From: an uncultured archaeon
GTDB taxonomy: Archaea > Asgardarchaeota > Thorarchaeia > Thorarchaeales > Thorarchaeaceae
Direction: 5' to 3'
NCBI GenBank assembly: GCA_964558645.1
Contig: CAZLEV010000012.1
Location: forward strand, 32,001 to 96,000
Length of the DNA stretch: 64,000 nt
Shown here: positions 19,705-28,588 of the stretch, piece by piece
How positions within the stretch are numbered: the stretch's first letter is position 1
Layout: every line of letters starts with the position of its first letter
Made by a program: the position numbers and the translations under genes
Notes under the pieces: generated by a model
Told to the model about the DNA's origin: nothing
Databases searched by the model: none
What the model saw: only the letters and a program-made list of their open reading frames with translations

Positions 19705-20484
19705 ATGAAGACCATTACCCTGCATAGTTACAAGGGCGGAACAGGAAGGACGACGCTATGTGCAAACATCGCGGCGACTCTCGCCCAGAAAGGGCACAGT
19801 GTTGTGGTATTGGACATGGACTGCTGGTCCCCAACCCTTCATACCATATTCAGAGTAGAATCGCCCTGTAGCTACATTCACCAGTACCTCTCGGGAGAAG
19901 TCGGGCATAAGGAACTACTCATCGATTTAACAACAGATCTGGGAGTTAAGGGTCGGCTCAGCATCGGTGTCGCTGATTCAAGCATCGATGTCATAAGGAG
20001 CAATCTTACGCAAGACCGAAAGTGGCACAAACAGTCCCTTTCGAGAATTTTGAAACTAAAGGACACACTCCGCAATGAGGGTTTCGAGTACGTTCTCTTA
20101 GATGCATCGTCAGGGGTCCATCCTGCCACCGTGAATACAATTGTAGCCTCAGACTTTGTTCTCGTGCTCTGTAAGGTTGACAATTTCGATATGGACGGAA
20201 CGCTTCAACTCCGAGATGTCATCTACGACCGCTTAGACAAGGGAACTGCATATCTCTTCAATAAGGTTCCAGCAGCGATGCTAGATAGTAACATGAAGAA
20301 AGACGTGACGGAAACAGCACTGAATACCTTCGGGTCTGATGCGGTTATTCTTGGATATCTAGAATACTATCCGGAAGTACCAATGGCCATGGGCGTGGAG
20401 ATTCACGCCCTTACAAGCCCAGATACTGAATTTGCGTCTGAACTAAGGATGATCGTGAACCAACTCCAGTCATCTATCGAATAA
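19705..20484 (+). CDS. MinD/ParA-family ATPase
   Basis: HSYKGGTGRTT deviant Walker A, LDMD, YVLLDAS, FNKVP. Likely start 19705 (ORF track 19666). Confidence 0.88.
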   Translation: MKTITLHSYKGGTGRTTLCANIAATLAQKGHSVVVLDMDCWSPTLHTIFRVESPCSYIHQYLSGEVGHKELLIDLTTDLGVKGRLSIGVADSSIDVIRSNLTQDRKWHKQSLSRILKLKDTLRNEGFEYVLLDASSGVHPATVNTIVASDFVLVLCKVDNFDMDGTLQLRDVIYDRLDKGTAYLFNKVPAAMLDSNMKKDVTETALNTFGSDAVILGYLEYYPEVPMAMGVEIHALTSPDTEFASELRMIVNQLQSSIE

Positions 20485-20508
20485 GCTGCAGATAGGAGGT
20501 AATAAGTC

Positions 20509-21120
20509 ATGATTCACTCGGTCTATGTCTTAACTGAAGGTGGTGTCTTACTCTACAAGAGAGTCTATAGCGACGAAATGCCTAATCCCTTTATTGTGAG
20601 TAGTTTTGTTTCTGCAATCTCGAGCTTCAGCCAACAAGCTATGGGTGACAATCTGAAACGCATTGAAATCGACGGAAGTTGCATGCTCCTCTTCGAACAA
20701 AACCCCATCAAGGTACTAGTCTTGACAGATGAGAGCACCGACGCCGGATCCAATCTCTTGGAAGAGATTGCAGTGAACTTCATCAGTAGGTACTCGAAGG
20801 CAATCTCCAGCGGGAATCACAACTCAGATTCCTTCAACGATTTCGATGCTGTTCTAGAAGAACTGATTTCTGAGATGACCAATGCATGGGACTCGAGTCG
20901 CCCTACTCACTCGCTCGACGGACTGAGCTTTCTTGAACTTGAGCCACCTATCCAGAAGATGGCTCAGTATGTTCTCCGAAGGGATGAAGTCACTGCGCAG
21001 GAGGCTGCTGAAGAACTCGAGATCAAACTTGATGAGGCTGAACAGCAGCTTGAACACCTAGTTGACCTTGGTATGATTGGCTGGAAGAGAGGGGAACAAG
21101 AGAGGATGTACTACTCCTAA
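20509..21120 (+). CDS. Longin-like domain fused to a C-terminal winged HTH
   Basis: MIHSVYVLTEGGVLLY..SSFVSAISSF..F..F pattern of Asgard longins; C-terminal EVTAQEAAEEL..LEHLVDLGMI; GGAGGT RBS. Confidence 0.72.
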   Translation: MIHSVYVLTEGGVLLYKRVYSDEMPNPFIVSSFVSAISSFSQQAMGDNLKRIEIDGSCMLLFEQNPIKVLVLTDESTDAGSNLLEEIAVNFISRYSKAISSGNHNSDSFNDFDAVLEELISEMTNAWDSSRPTHSLDGLSFLELEPPIQKMAQYVLRRDEVTAQEAAEELEIKLDEAEQQLEHLVDLGMIGWKRGEQERMYYS

Positions 21121-21179
21121 TCCATCTGTTGATGAGCAGGTCGAAGGACTAATCTAGGGGAGTAGATGAACTGAGTAAT

Positions 21180-21785
21180 ATGAGGAATGTCCTGATCACA
21201 GGGTTCGAGCACTTCGACGGCTACAGCTTGAATCCATCTGCAGAAGTAGCCAAGCGGCTCGATGGCGAAGAGATAGATGATAAGGACGTAACGGGGGCAA
21301 TCCTTCCCTTAGACTACCGGACGATGATATCTGTGTTTCAAAGATACGCAACTGAGGTGTCAGCTGAAGTCATTCTACTCATGGGCCAGTCAAATCGGGG
21401 GTCTGTCACCATAGAAAGAATGGCCGTGAACGCTGTCAGCACCGAGAGAGAGGACAACAAGGGCTACAAACCGGAGAGCGATCTGATATCATCTTCAGGG
21501 CCAGTGGGGTATTTCTCAAACGTCGATGTCAACACGCTAGCAAAGAAACTCAGAGAGAAAGGCTTACCCGTCTTCACCAGTTATCACGCAGGAACCTACG
21601 GCTGCAACTTCATCTTCTATAGAGTCTTAGCCATGGTAGCCGAAGGAGTTCTCAATGCCAAAGTCCTCTTTGTCCATGTGCCGCCCCTTCCGGCTCAGGC
21701 AATCGAGAAGCATGATCAATCAATGCCGACTATGGAGCTAGATGAGCTCGTCGAAACAATCCGAGTTCTCATTCGAGAGCTGTGA
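21180..21785 (+). CDS. pcp: Pyroglutamyl-peptidase I
   Basis: VLITGFEHF..NPS, ERMAVN, AGTYGCN, FVHVP (Glu/Cys/His triad). Confidence 0.93.
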   Translation: MRNVLITGFEHFDGYSLNPSAEVAKRLDGEEIDDKDVTGAILPLDYRTMISVFQRYATEVSAEVILLMGQSNRGSVTIERMAVNAVSTEREDNKGYKPESDLISSSGPVGYFSNVDVNTLAKKLREKGLPVFTSYHAGTYGCNFIFYRVLAMVAEGVLNAKVLFVHVPPLPAQAIEKHDQSMPTMELDELVETIRVLIREL

Positions 21786-21798
21786 CATAGTTCTGATA

Positions 21799-22566
21799 CT
21801 ACTCCTTCCAAACGGAGGGGAAGGTTGTCAAGACCACCGCAGAGAGTAGGGAACTGATGATGATGGCCGTAACACGTTCGCTCAACATAAGGGGAAAGAT
21901 GACATATCCGAATAGATTTGCAGGAAGGTTCAGAATATAGACTGCACCAAGAGTCATCATGGAGAAGTCAGTCATGGTTCCGATGAGAGTGAATGGCAAT
22001 ACCTGAAGGTACCTCCGCCAGCCCCTCTTGGACCAGTCGAATTGGATGTCCAGAATCTGCAGTCCGAGTGATGTGAGAGCTGCAACCATGTAGAGGCTCA
22101 TGAACCACCAGGCCGACAAGTTTGGAATAAGGTAAAGCAGTATGATGACGAACAAGTAGCAAGCAGTAACAGTCGGGCCGGGAATACGAAATCGTCCTGT
22201 ACTGACTCTCTTCTGCATAGCAAAACCCGTGAACAGCCCTGACACAGCCGGGCCGAGAATGATTGTAGGAACTGCGAGGCTGATATTGAAAACGAAGACT
22301 GATAGAAAACCTTGCAGAATCCCTGCTACGAGACCGAAGGCGAAACCTCTGCTGGGACCCAGTAGTATTCCGAACAAAGGAGCAATGCAAATCGTCAGAC
22401 TGATTGATCCAACTGCACCAAGAAAGGCACTGATTGGAACCAGCGTACTGACTCCGTAGAGAGCTGCTAGGATAATGCCGATAGCTGCAAGCTTGCTATC
22501 ATCGCTGCTGTCGAAGAGCTCCATCTCACCTATCTCATCCTCTTCATGAATGGCCATTGGCATCAC
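21799..22566 (-). CDS. Membrane protein, ECF transporter S-component-like
   Basis: APLFGILLGP..G motif; multiple TM helices. Confidence 0.6.
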   Translation of the reverse strand: MMPMAIHEEDEIGEMELFDSSDDSKLAAIGIILAALYGVSTLVPISAFLGAVGSISLTICIAPLFGILLGPSRGFAFGLVAGILQGFLSVFVFNISLAVPTIILGPAVSGLFTGFAMQKRVSTGRFRIPGPTVTACYLFVIILLYLIPNLSAWWFMSLYMVAALTSLGLQILDIQFDWSKRGWRRYLQVLPFTLIGTMTDFSMMTLGAVYILNLPANLFGYVIFPLMLSERVTAIIISSLLSAVVLTTFPSVWKE

Positions 22567-22741
22567 AACAGGTGTTCTCGAACGGCGGGCTATTTGCTAA
22601 TATTGTTTCGGTCCACTCAGCAAAGGGAAGAACAAGCATGGAGAAACCTTGTGGTTAAGGCGTCATCCTCGACACTCACGACATGGCAGTCGAGATACCG
22701 GCGAATGAATGACTAGCAGCTGATTTTCGTCATGCTTTTTC

Positions 22742-23752
22742 TTATGTGGGATAGAATGGCCAGAAATGAGTGAACTTCCACCCCTTACCAACATATTTCT
22801 CGCTGCGTGGAAGATCGATGAACTCACTGCCGCTGAATGGATAGAATCGCATCTCGTCGTCATCATCGCATACAATCAACTCGGGTGAACCAAGCTCCCT
22901 CCAATAGCCAACAAGGTATGTCCAGTCCTCTCGGAATCCACGACCAACTCTCTCGTAAGGTCCGTCGCTGAAATGCAGATGGTCCTTATCTGAATCAAAT
23001 CGTCCATAGGGATAGAGCCTCAGGTCTCCGTTCTTGCTCCGCACGATGAGGTCAGGACTACCATTCTTTGTCCATTCGGCCACAAGATAGTTTGTGAAAT
23101 CATCATCAAAACCTCTACCCACCTTCTTGGGTTTACTCTGACCTTTGAAACTCTTTCCGTCAAAAGGATATACCCAAAGGTTTCCGTTGTCTTCGCGAAC
23201 TAATAGATCAGGAGTGGGTCCCCCGGTCCAATGACCCGGCAAGAGATGCGTGTATTTGTCCGTATGAAATCCCTGTCCAACACGTTCATCTCTGCCAAGG
23301 TCCTCAAACCGAGTTCCATCCCATGGGAACAATCTAAGATTGCCGTCATCATCTCTCACAAGTAGGTCTGAGGTTCCATTGCCTGTCCACGAACCAACAA
23401 CATAGTCCCACTCAGCCCGAAAGCCACGGCCTACCCTTTCTCCGTGTCCGTCAACATAGAAGGTTTCATTCTTGAACGGATAGAATTTGAGGTCACCGTT
23501 ATCCTCAAGGACCACCAATGAGTTCCCACCTGGAATACTTCTGAGTAACGTATCATCCGAGGGCGCCAACCAGAACCCCGGAAAATACTTCTCGAAATCG
23601 AATCCTTTTCCAACTTCGAATGCGGTTCTGGTCTGATCGTGGTCTTTCGATGTGTAGAATGTGTGAATCGTTCCCTGTTTGAAGAATGGGTACCACCGCA
23701 GGTCGCCATTGCTCTTCCTGACAACTAGTCCGGGCATATGTAACATCTCCAA
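22742..23752 (-). CDS. FG-GAP/tachylectin-like repeat (beta-propeller) protein
   Basis: About six repeats of WTGxGxPDLLVRxDxGxLxxYPF...VGRGF; no signal peptide. Confidence 0.75.
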   Translation of the reverse strand: MEMLHMPGLVVRKSNGDLRWYPFFKQGTIHTFYTSKDHDQTRTAFEVGKGFDFEKYFPGFWLAPSDDTLLRSIPGGNSLVVLEDNGDLKFYPFKNETFYVDGHGERVGRGFRAEWDYVVGSWTGNGTSDLLVRDDDGNLRLFPWDGTRFEDLGRDERVGQGFHTDKYTHLLPGHWTGGPTPDLLVREDNGNLWVYPFDGKSFKGQSKPKKVGRGFDDDFTNYLVAEWTKNGSPDLIVRSKNGDLRLYPYGRFDSDKDHLHFSDGPYERVGRGFREDWTYLVGYWRELGSPELIVCDDDDEMRFYPFSGSEFIDLPRSEKYVGKGWKFTHFWPFYPT

Positions 23753-23854
23753 CTCTCGACAACGGGCTGTGAATATGGCTTTTGTGCCAATGAATCTACA
23801 GAGTAGTATTCTTTAGTATGATTCGTACAGCAACAGAAGCGAGGAATACTGCAC

Positions 23855-24520
23855 ATGACCACAGAATCTATCTTAGAGATGAAACGAGTCTCGATGTCAT
23901 ACGGACAGAAGACTCTATTCAAGGACTTCACGCTTAGTCTTCACAAGAACGAGATTATCGGGATCAGCGGTGAGTCCGGGAGCGGCAAGAGCACTCTTCT
24001 TCGGATCGCCGTTGACTTGGCAACTCCAGATGAGGGAGAAGTTGTATTTCAAGGCAGGAATGTTCAAGATTGGGATCCACAGGAACTTAGGAAGTGCATC
24101 ATCCTTGTACCGCAACAGGCCAGCATGTTTCCAGGCACCGTACGCGATAATCTGCTCTGGGGTCTCAAGATCCACAATCAAGAGGCATCAGAGGAAGAGC
24201 TTGTGAGCATTCTGAAGGAGGTCAACTTGAACGGTGAGTATCTGGATAGAGTAGCTGAGAATCTCTCAGGAGGAGAGAAACAACGTGTAGCCATAGCCCG
24301 CGCACTCTTGCTTGAGCCCTGCGGCCTATTGCTGGATGAGCCGACTTCAGCACTAGACGAAAAATCCACCCTCGCAGTTGAGAAGACAGTTAAGGGGCTA
24401 CTCAAGTCCCGCGACATTGGAGTGCTGGTGGTCACGCACAATCGAGAACAGTCCGAGCGATTGACGGATCGTGTCATCGAGGTAACTACCGGAGAGGAGG
24501 TCGACTACAATGCAAACTAA
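23855..24520 (+). CDS. ABC transporter ATP-binding protein (FetA/YbbL-like)
   Basis: GESGSGKST, LSGGEKQR, LLLDEPT, VTH. Confidence 0.92.
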   Translation: MTTESILEMKRVSMSYGQKTLFKDFTLSLHKNEIIGISGESGSGKSTLLRIAVDLATPDEGEVVFQGRNVQDWDPQELRKCIILVPQQASMFPGTVRDNLLWGLKIHNQEASEEELVSILKEVNLNGEYLDRVAENLSGGEKQRVAIARALLLEPCGLLLDEPTSALDEKSTLAVEKTVKGLLKSRDIGVLVVTHNREQSERLTDRVIEVTTGEEVDYNAN

Positions 24521-25340
24521 TCTTGACCTATACGAGGCGATACTCAACTTCGTGCAGAGCTTGGATGCAGAAGTATACGAGGCTGCATTCAGTTATGCTG
24601 CGGCAATGGTTCTGCTCGTAGTTTTGATAGCACTCAGCAAATGGCAGAAGATAGGAATAACAGAGAAGCTCATCATAGGAACAGCTAGAGGCACCATTCA
24701 AATCATCCTCATGGCGCTGATACTTGTAGAGATTTTCGCACTTCGGAACCTGATCATCATCTTCGGGGTCCTTGCTTTCATGGGGCTCTTTGCGGCCCAT
24801 ACCTCACAGTCGAATCTAGATGAGATCCCCGGTATCTTCAAAGCGGGCGCGCCAGCAATTCTTCTCTCTGGACTCTCGGTTATGGTGATAAGCGTCCTTC
24901 TCGGAATAGTCCGTCCTGTTGGCGAGTACATCATCCCAATGGGAGGGATGGTGATTGGAAATGCCATGGGCATCAATTCCCTGGTCATTGAGAGAATGTG
25001 GTCCAACGCGCAGAAACAGAGAGCTCTAATGGAAACGGCACTGGCACTAGGAGCATCACCCCTGCAAGCAACCAACATGACGATCCGTGAATCCATCAGA
25101 TCTGGACTCCTTCCCAATCTGAACAGGTATGCATCCCTCGGAATCGTTTCCATCCCGGGTCTGATGTCAGGAATGATTATCGGAGGCACTCCCGTTTTGG
25201 CAGCCGCGCTTTACCAGGTAATCATCTTCGTGATGATATTCCTTGCGTGCATCATGTCTGGTCTTATCGCATCGAGAATCTTCCTGCAGGAGATGTTCAA
25301 CGAGCGAGCGCAGATCACGGTTCCCCCTGCTGAAGGTTAG
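24510..25340 (+). CDS. ABC permease FetB/YbbM (UPF0014)
   Basis: IIPMGGMVIGNAM, ETALALGAS, GIVSIPGLMSGMIIGG. Confidence 0.9.
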   Translation: MQTNLDLYEAILNFVQSLDAEVYEAAFSYAAAMVLLVVLIALSKWQKIGITEKLIIGTARGTIQIILMALILVEIFALRNLIIIFGVLAFMGLFAAHTSQSNLDEIPGIFKAGAPAILLSGLSVMVISVLLGIVRPVGEYIIPMGGMVIGNAMGINSLVIERMWSNAQKQRALMETALALGASPLQATNMTIRESIRSGLLPNLNRYASLGIVSIPGLMSGMIIGGTPVLAAALYQVIIFVMIFLACIMSGLIASRIFLQEMFNERAQITVPPAEG

Positions 25341-25572
25341 CCGCATCGCAGTTGTGCGACATGTTTGCAGACGCTCCAGACGCGTTCCATAGCATGGTCT
25401 TCAGAGCGCATCTCGACCGTGCTGTGATGGGAATCCGAGTTTATGGGCCGCCAGAAGGCCGGCGATTCCGATTCGATTCACTCCGACATCGGAATGCTTC
25501 TCAGTCCAAAACCACGCAGTGGTGTAGCATCTCAGAAGGTATGACAATTGCATAGAGCTCTTAAGGCGGTAT

Positions 25573-26895
25573 TTGCTAGCCAAGAAACGGAAAGACATCT
25601 GCAGTAGATGGCGAAGAATCATGCAGCCCGTAGGTCTCATAATCATTGGAGTCTTTGTCGTGATGCTGATTAGTATCACAACCGAGCATGCCAATGATAC
25701 TGCCGCAGCGCTTCTTGCATTTGCCGTGGCGGCAGTCGCAGCGTATTTGTTCGGCGGGCATTCATTCACCGTGATTGCAAAAGCAATGGCATGGGATGTC
25801 GTCCTCTTTCTTGCTTCTATGATGATAATAGTTGCAGTGGTTGCCTCATCGGGATTGTTTCAATGGACCGCATTGGTCATAGCAACAAAGGCCAAGGGTA
25901 ACGCAAAGAAAGTGTTCTTCTATTTCATGCTCTTGACGTTTTTCATATCGCTATTCTTCAGTCCAATGCCTACCATGATGATTGTCAGTACCTTCACCGT
26001 AGAGGTCTGCAATGCGCTAGACATTGATTTCCGACCATACCTGATGACTGAGGCTGTAACGGCAGGGGTCAGTTCTATCGTCTTGCCAATAGGGTCGGTC
26101 CCCAACCTCGTAATAGTGTACTTCGCAGAATTTGACACCGGACTTCTCTTTGTGACAATGCTTCCACTGTCATTGATTCTATTCGCTATTACGTTGGCAT
26201 ACATGCTGAAGAAGTCTGCAGCTGTCATCAACACCAGGAAGAAGAGGAATCTAACCATCCTGCTCGGCATAGATCCAAAGAGCATGATAAGGTCAAGATT
26301 TGGGTTCTTTGCCTCTTGCGCAGGTCTCATTGCTCTTGTGGTGGGTCTGGTACTACTTCCGAGAGATGCACCACTAGTCGCTCTTGTGATAGCAGGAGCG
26401 CTTCTCGTGACTTCAAAGGACAGGGCACACGACCTTCTGAAGCATCTATCGTGGGATAGTGTATTCTTCCTCGTGGGAATCTTGGGTATCATTCAGACAA
26501 TGATTGCCACAGGGGTAATAGATGTCCTTTCTCAGCTACTTGTCGGAGTGGCTGAGACCAATCTGTTTCTGGGCGTTGTTGTCATGTTATGGCTACCCGG
26601 GGCGGTGCTCTCTCCACTGGACAAGAAAGCAGTAGGCATACTCGTGGCTCCGGTGGCGAAAGTGTTGGGTGATGTCAACAACATGTTACCCATTGCTCTT
26701 GTAGCAGGCACGAACATCGGAGGGTATTGCGTTCCTTTTGGTGATTCACCGAATATGGTCGCTGTTTCAATTGCTGAGGAGAAACAGAAACCGCTGACCT
26801 GGAATGAATTCAACAAGACCGTATTCCCACTCGGGATTATTCATCTCATTGTATCCACAGTATACGTGATGATTCTTAGTCAGTTCTTCGTCTAA
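25573..26895 (+). CDS. ArsB/NhaD/SLC13-type ion transporter
   Basis: PIGSVPNL, GTNIGG..PFGDSPN, WNEF; likely start 25621. Confidence 0.85.
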   Translation: MLAKKRKDICSRWRRIMQPVGLIIIGVFVVMLISITTEHANDTAAALLAFAVAAVAAYLFGGHSFTVIAKAMAWDVVLFLASMMIIVAVVASSGLFQWTALVIATKAKGNAKKVFFYFMLLTFFISLFFSPMPTMMIVSTFTVEVCNALDIDFRPYLMTEAVTAGVSSIVLPIGSVPNLVIVYFAEFDTGLLFVTMLPLSLILFAITLAYMLKKSAAVINTRKKRNLTILLGIDPKSMIRSRFGFFASCAGLIALVVGLVLLPRDAPLVALVIAGALLVTSKDRAHDLLKHLSWDSVFFLVGILGIIQTMIATGVIDVLSQLLVGVAETNLFLGVVVMLWLPGAVLSPLDKKAVGILVAPVAKVLGDVNNMLPIALVAGTNIGGYCVPFGDSPNMVAVSIAEEKQKPLTWNEFNKTVFPLGIIHLIVSTVYVMILSQFFV

Positions 26896-27022
26896 TCATT
26901 CCTCCAGTGATTTTGCCATGATTATCAGCAGGGAAGAGAATCTGCCGCCATATCTGGCGGGCAATGTAATCTGGAACAATGAGACTCAGCACCAAGGCCA
27001 AAGAGCCAGAAGATTACCGTTA

Positions 27023-27063
27023 GAGTCAACAATGAGTCTTGTTAATGTTTTGAGTTAACAATG
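27023..27063 (+). promoter_or_regulatory. Direct repeat GAGTYAACAATG x2, putative operator
   Basis: GAGTCAACAATG 27023-27034 and GAGTTAACAATG 27052-27063, upstream of the DUF3307-SatD pair. Confidence 0.4.
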
Positions 27064-27624
27064 CACAGACTTAATACGGAGAGCAAGAATACTACATCCA
27101 TAAGATGTAATGAATTTTCTCGGATGTGGTTGCTCGTGAAGAACTCTCAGAGAGTCGCTGGTCTATTGCTCACAATTGCTACTGTTATTGGAATGTATCT
27201 GATAAGGGCTTATCCGTTGGAATCACTCCCTACTGATTCTTTGTTGATTCTTCTTTCCTACCTACTGACTGTATTCCTGCCAGGCCTCTTGATTGATCTG
27301 ATCTTTGGAATGCTGGGAAGCGGAGATAGCTTCGCGGACAAATGCGGGGGTCTCCGAAATGGAGGATATCTGATTGGATACACGGAGCGAAGCCTCTTGT
27401 TCTTGGCAATGATGATCACTCACTACGATGAAGCCATGTCATTTCCATCGCTTCTGAGCTTTCTCTCCGTGATAGTTGCTGCCAAGGCAATCTTCAGATA
27501 CTCCAGTCGAGAAACGGATGACCGCGCCTGCGCTGACTGGTACATCCTCGGGACGCTCATGAGCATCACGATGGCCTTAGCAATCTCTTGGCTAGCCTTC
27601 CGCTTCCTCTTGGTGGGGGGGTGA
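27061..27624 (+). CDS. DUF3307-like (SatE-like) membrane protein
   Basis: GGYLIGYTER..VAAKAIFRY..YILGTLMS pattern; true start probably ~27124-27137. Confidence 0.7.
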   Translation: MHRLNTESKNTTSIRCNEFSRMWLLVKNSQRVAGLLLTIATVIGMYLIRAYPLESLPTDSLLILLSYLLTVFLPGLLIDLIFGMLGSGDSFADKCGGLRNGGYLIGYTERSLLFLAMMITHYDEAMSFPSLLSFLSVIVAAKAIFRYSSRETDDRACADWYILGTLMSITMALAISWLAFRFLLVGG

Positions 27625-27628
27625 TGCA

Positions 27629-28246
27629 GTGATTGCAGTGATCGTTGACATTGTAGCCTCAAGAGAAACAGAGATCGGTAAACGAAGAGAACTTGACAAA
27701 GCCTTGCGAGAACTCTTGAAGCGCGTACACAACCGGTTCGAGGAAGACTGTCTAGCACATCCAGCACTCACTCAAGGGGATAGTCTTGAGCTGTTGGTGA
27801 GCAGTTGGCGCCCCATTGTATTCGTATTTCAGAGCCTTCTCATGAAGGAACTAGAGTTTCGCGTCGGCCTAGGTACAGGGGAAGTCACGATTCGTAAGAA
27901 GAACGCAGATGAATGTGATGGCCCAGCCTTCTGGAACGCAAGAGAGGCTCTCAACGAGATAAAGGAGATGAAATACATGACGCGAACTGCGGGGTTCAAG
28001 ATCGACGATAAAAGCTCCGAAGAGGAGTCCAATATGGTCATAGTGTCTCTTCTCTTTCTCACTTCGTTGCTCGGCATGACTCCGACTCAGGTACGACACT
28101 GCTACCACTACATTTGGGAGAAGAAGCGTGTTTCAGAGATTGCACCGGTGGTGGGGACGTCGAAGGGAAACGTGAGCAGATCATTAAGCAAGACACCCTG
28201 CTATCTCCTTGAACGTATCATGGCTCATATTGACATGCATGGTTAG
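27629..28246 (+). CDS. SatD family protein (cyclase-like core plus C-terminal HTH)
   Basis: AVIVDIVASR, LTQGD, FRVGLGTGEV, DGPAFWNAREAL; HTH VSEIA..VGTSKGNVSRSL. Confidence 0.85.
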   Translation: MIAVIVDIVASRETEIGKRRELDKALRELLKRVHNRFEEDCLAHPALTQGDSLELLVSSWRPIVFVFQSLLMKELEFRVGLGTGEVTIRKKNADECDGPAFWNAREALNEIKEMKYMTRTAGFKIDDKSSEEESNMVIVSLLFLTSLLGMTPTQVRHCYHYIWEKKRVSEIAPVVGTSKGNVSRSLSKTPCYLLERIMAHIDMHG

Positions 28247-28588
28247 GCGTTGACAGCATCCCTTCATCTTCGAGATTATGGTTTCCCAGGAATCACAGCT
28301 CTTGGTGGTATCCACTCATTGGTTCCTTCATCTCCAAGACGGCTTTGACCACACCTTGAATCAACCTCCTCATTGGTGCTTTACTCAATACGAACGATCA
28401 GAGCTTGCGAGAATCCGACAGACATCTGTCAAAGAGCCTCTGCTGTTTTAATAGCTAATTGGAGATTATATTTATCACATATCGATTAAAATCAATAATT
28501 ATGTCTGGTTTTATTAGTAAATTACATGAAAAATACAAGTAATGTTTATAACATACGAATCTCGCAAGCGCGAGAAGGTGCCACCATT

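Noticed and set aside
28250-28440. Minus-frame LSKAPMRRLI looks histone-like
   Set aside because: Flanked by stops, and the remainder does not fit a histone fold
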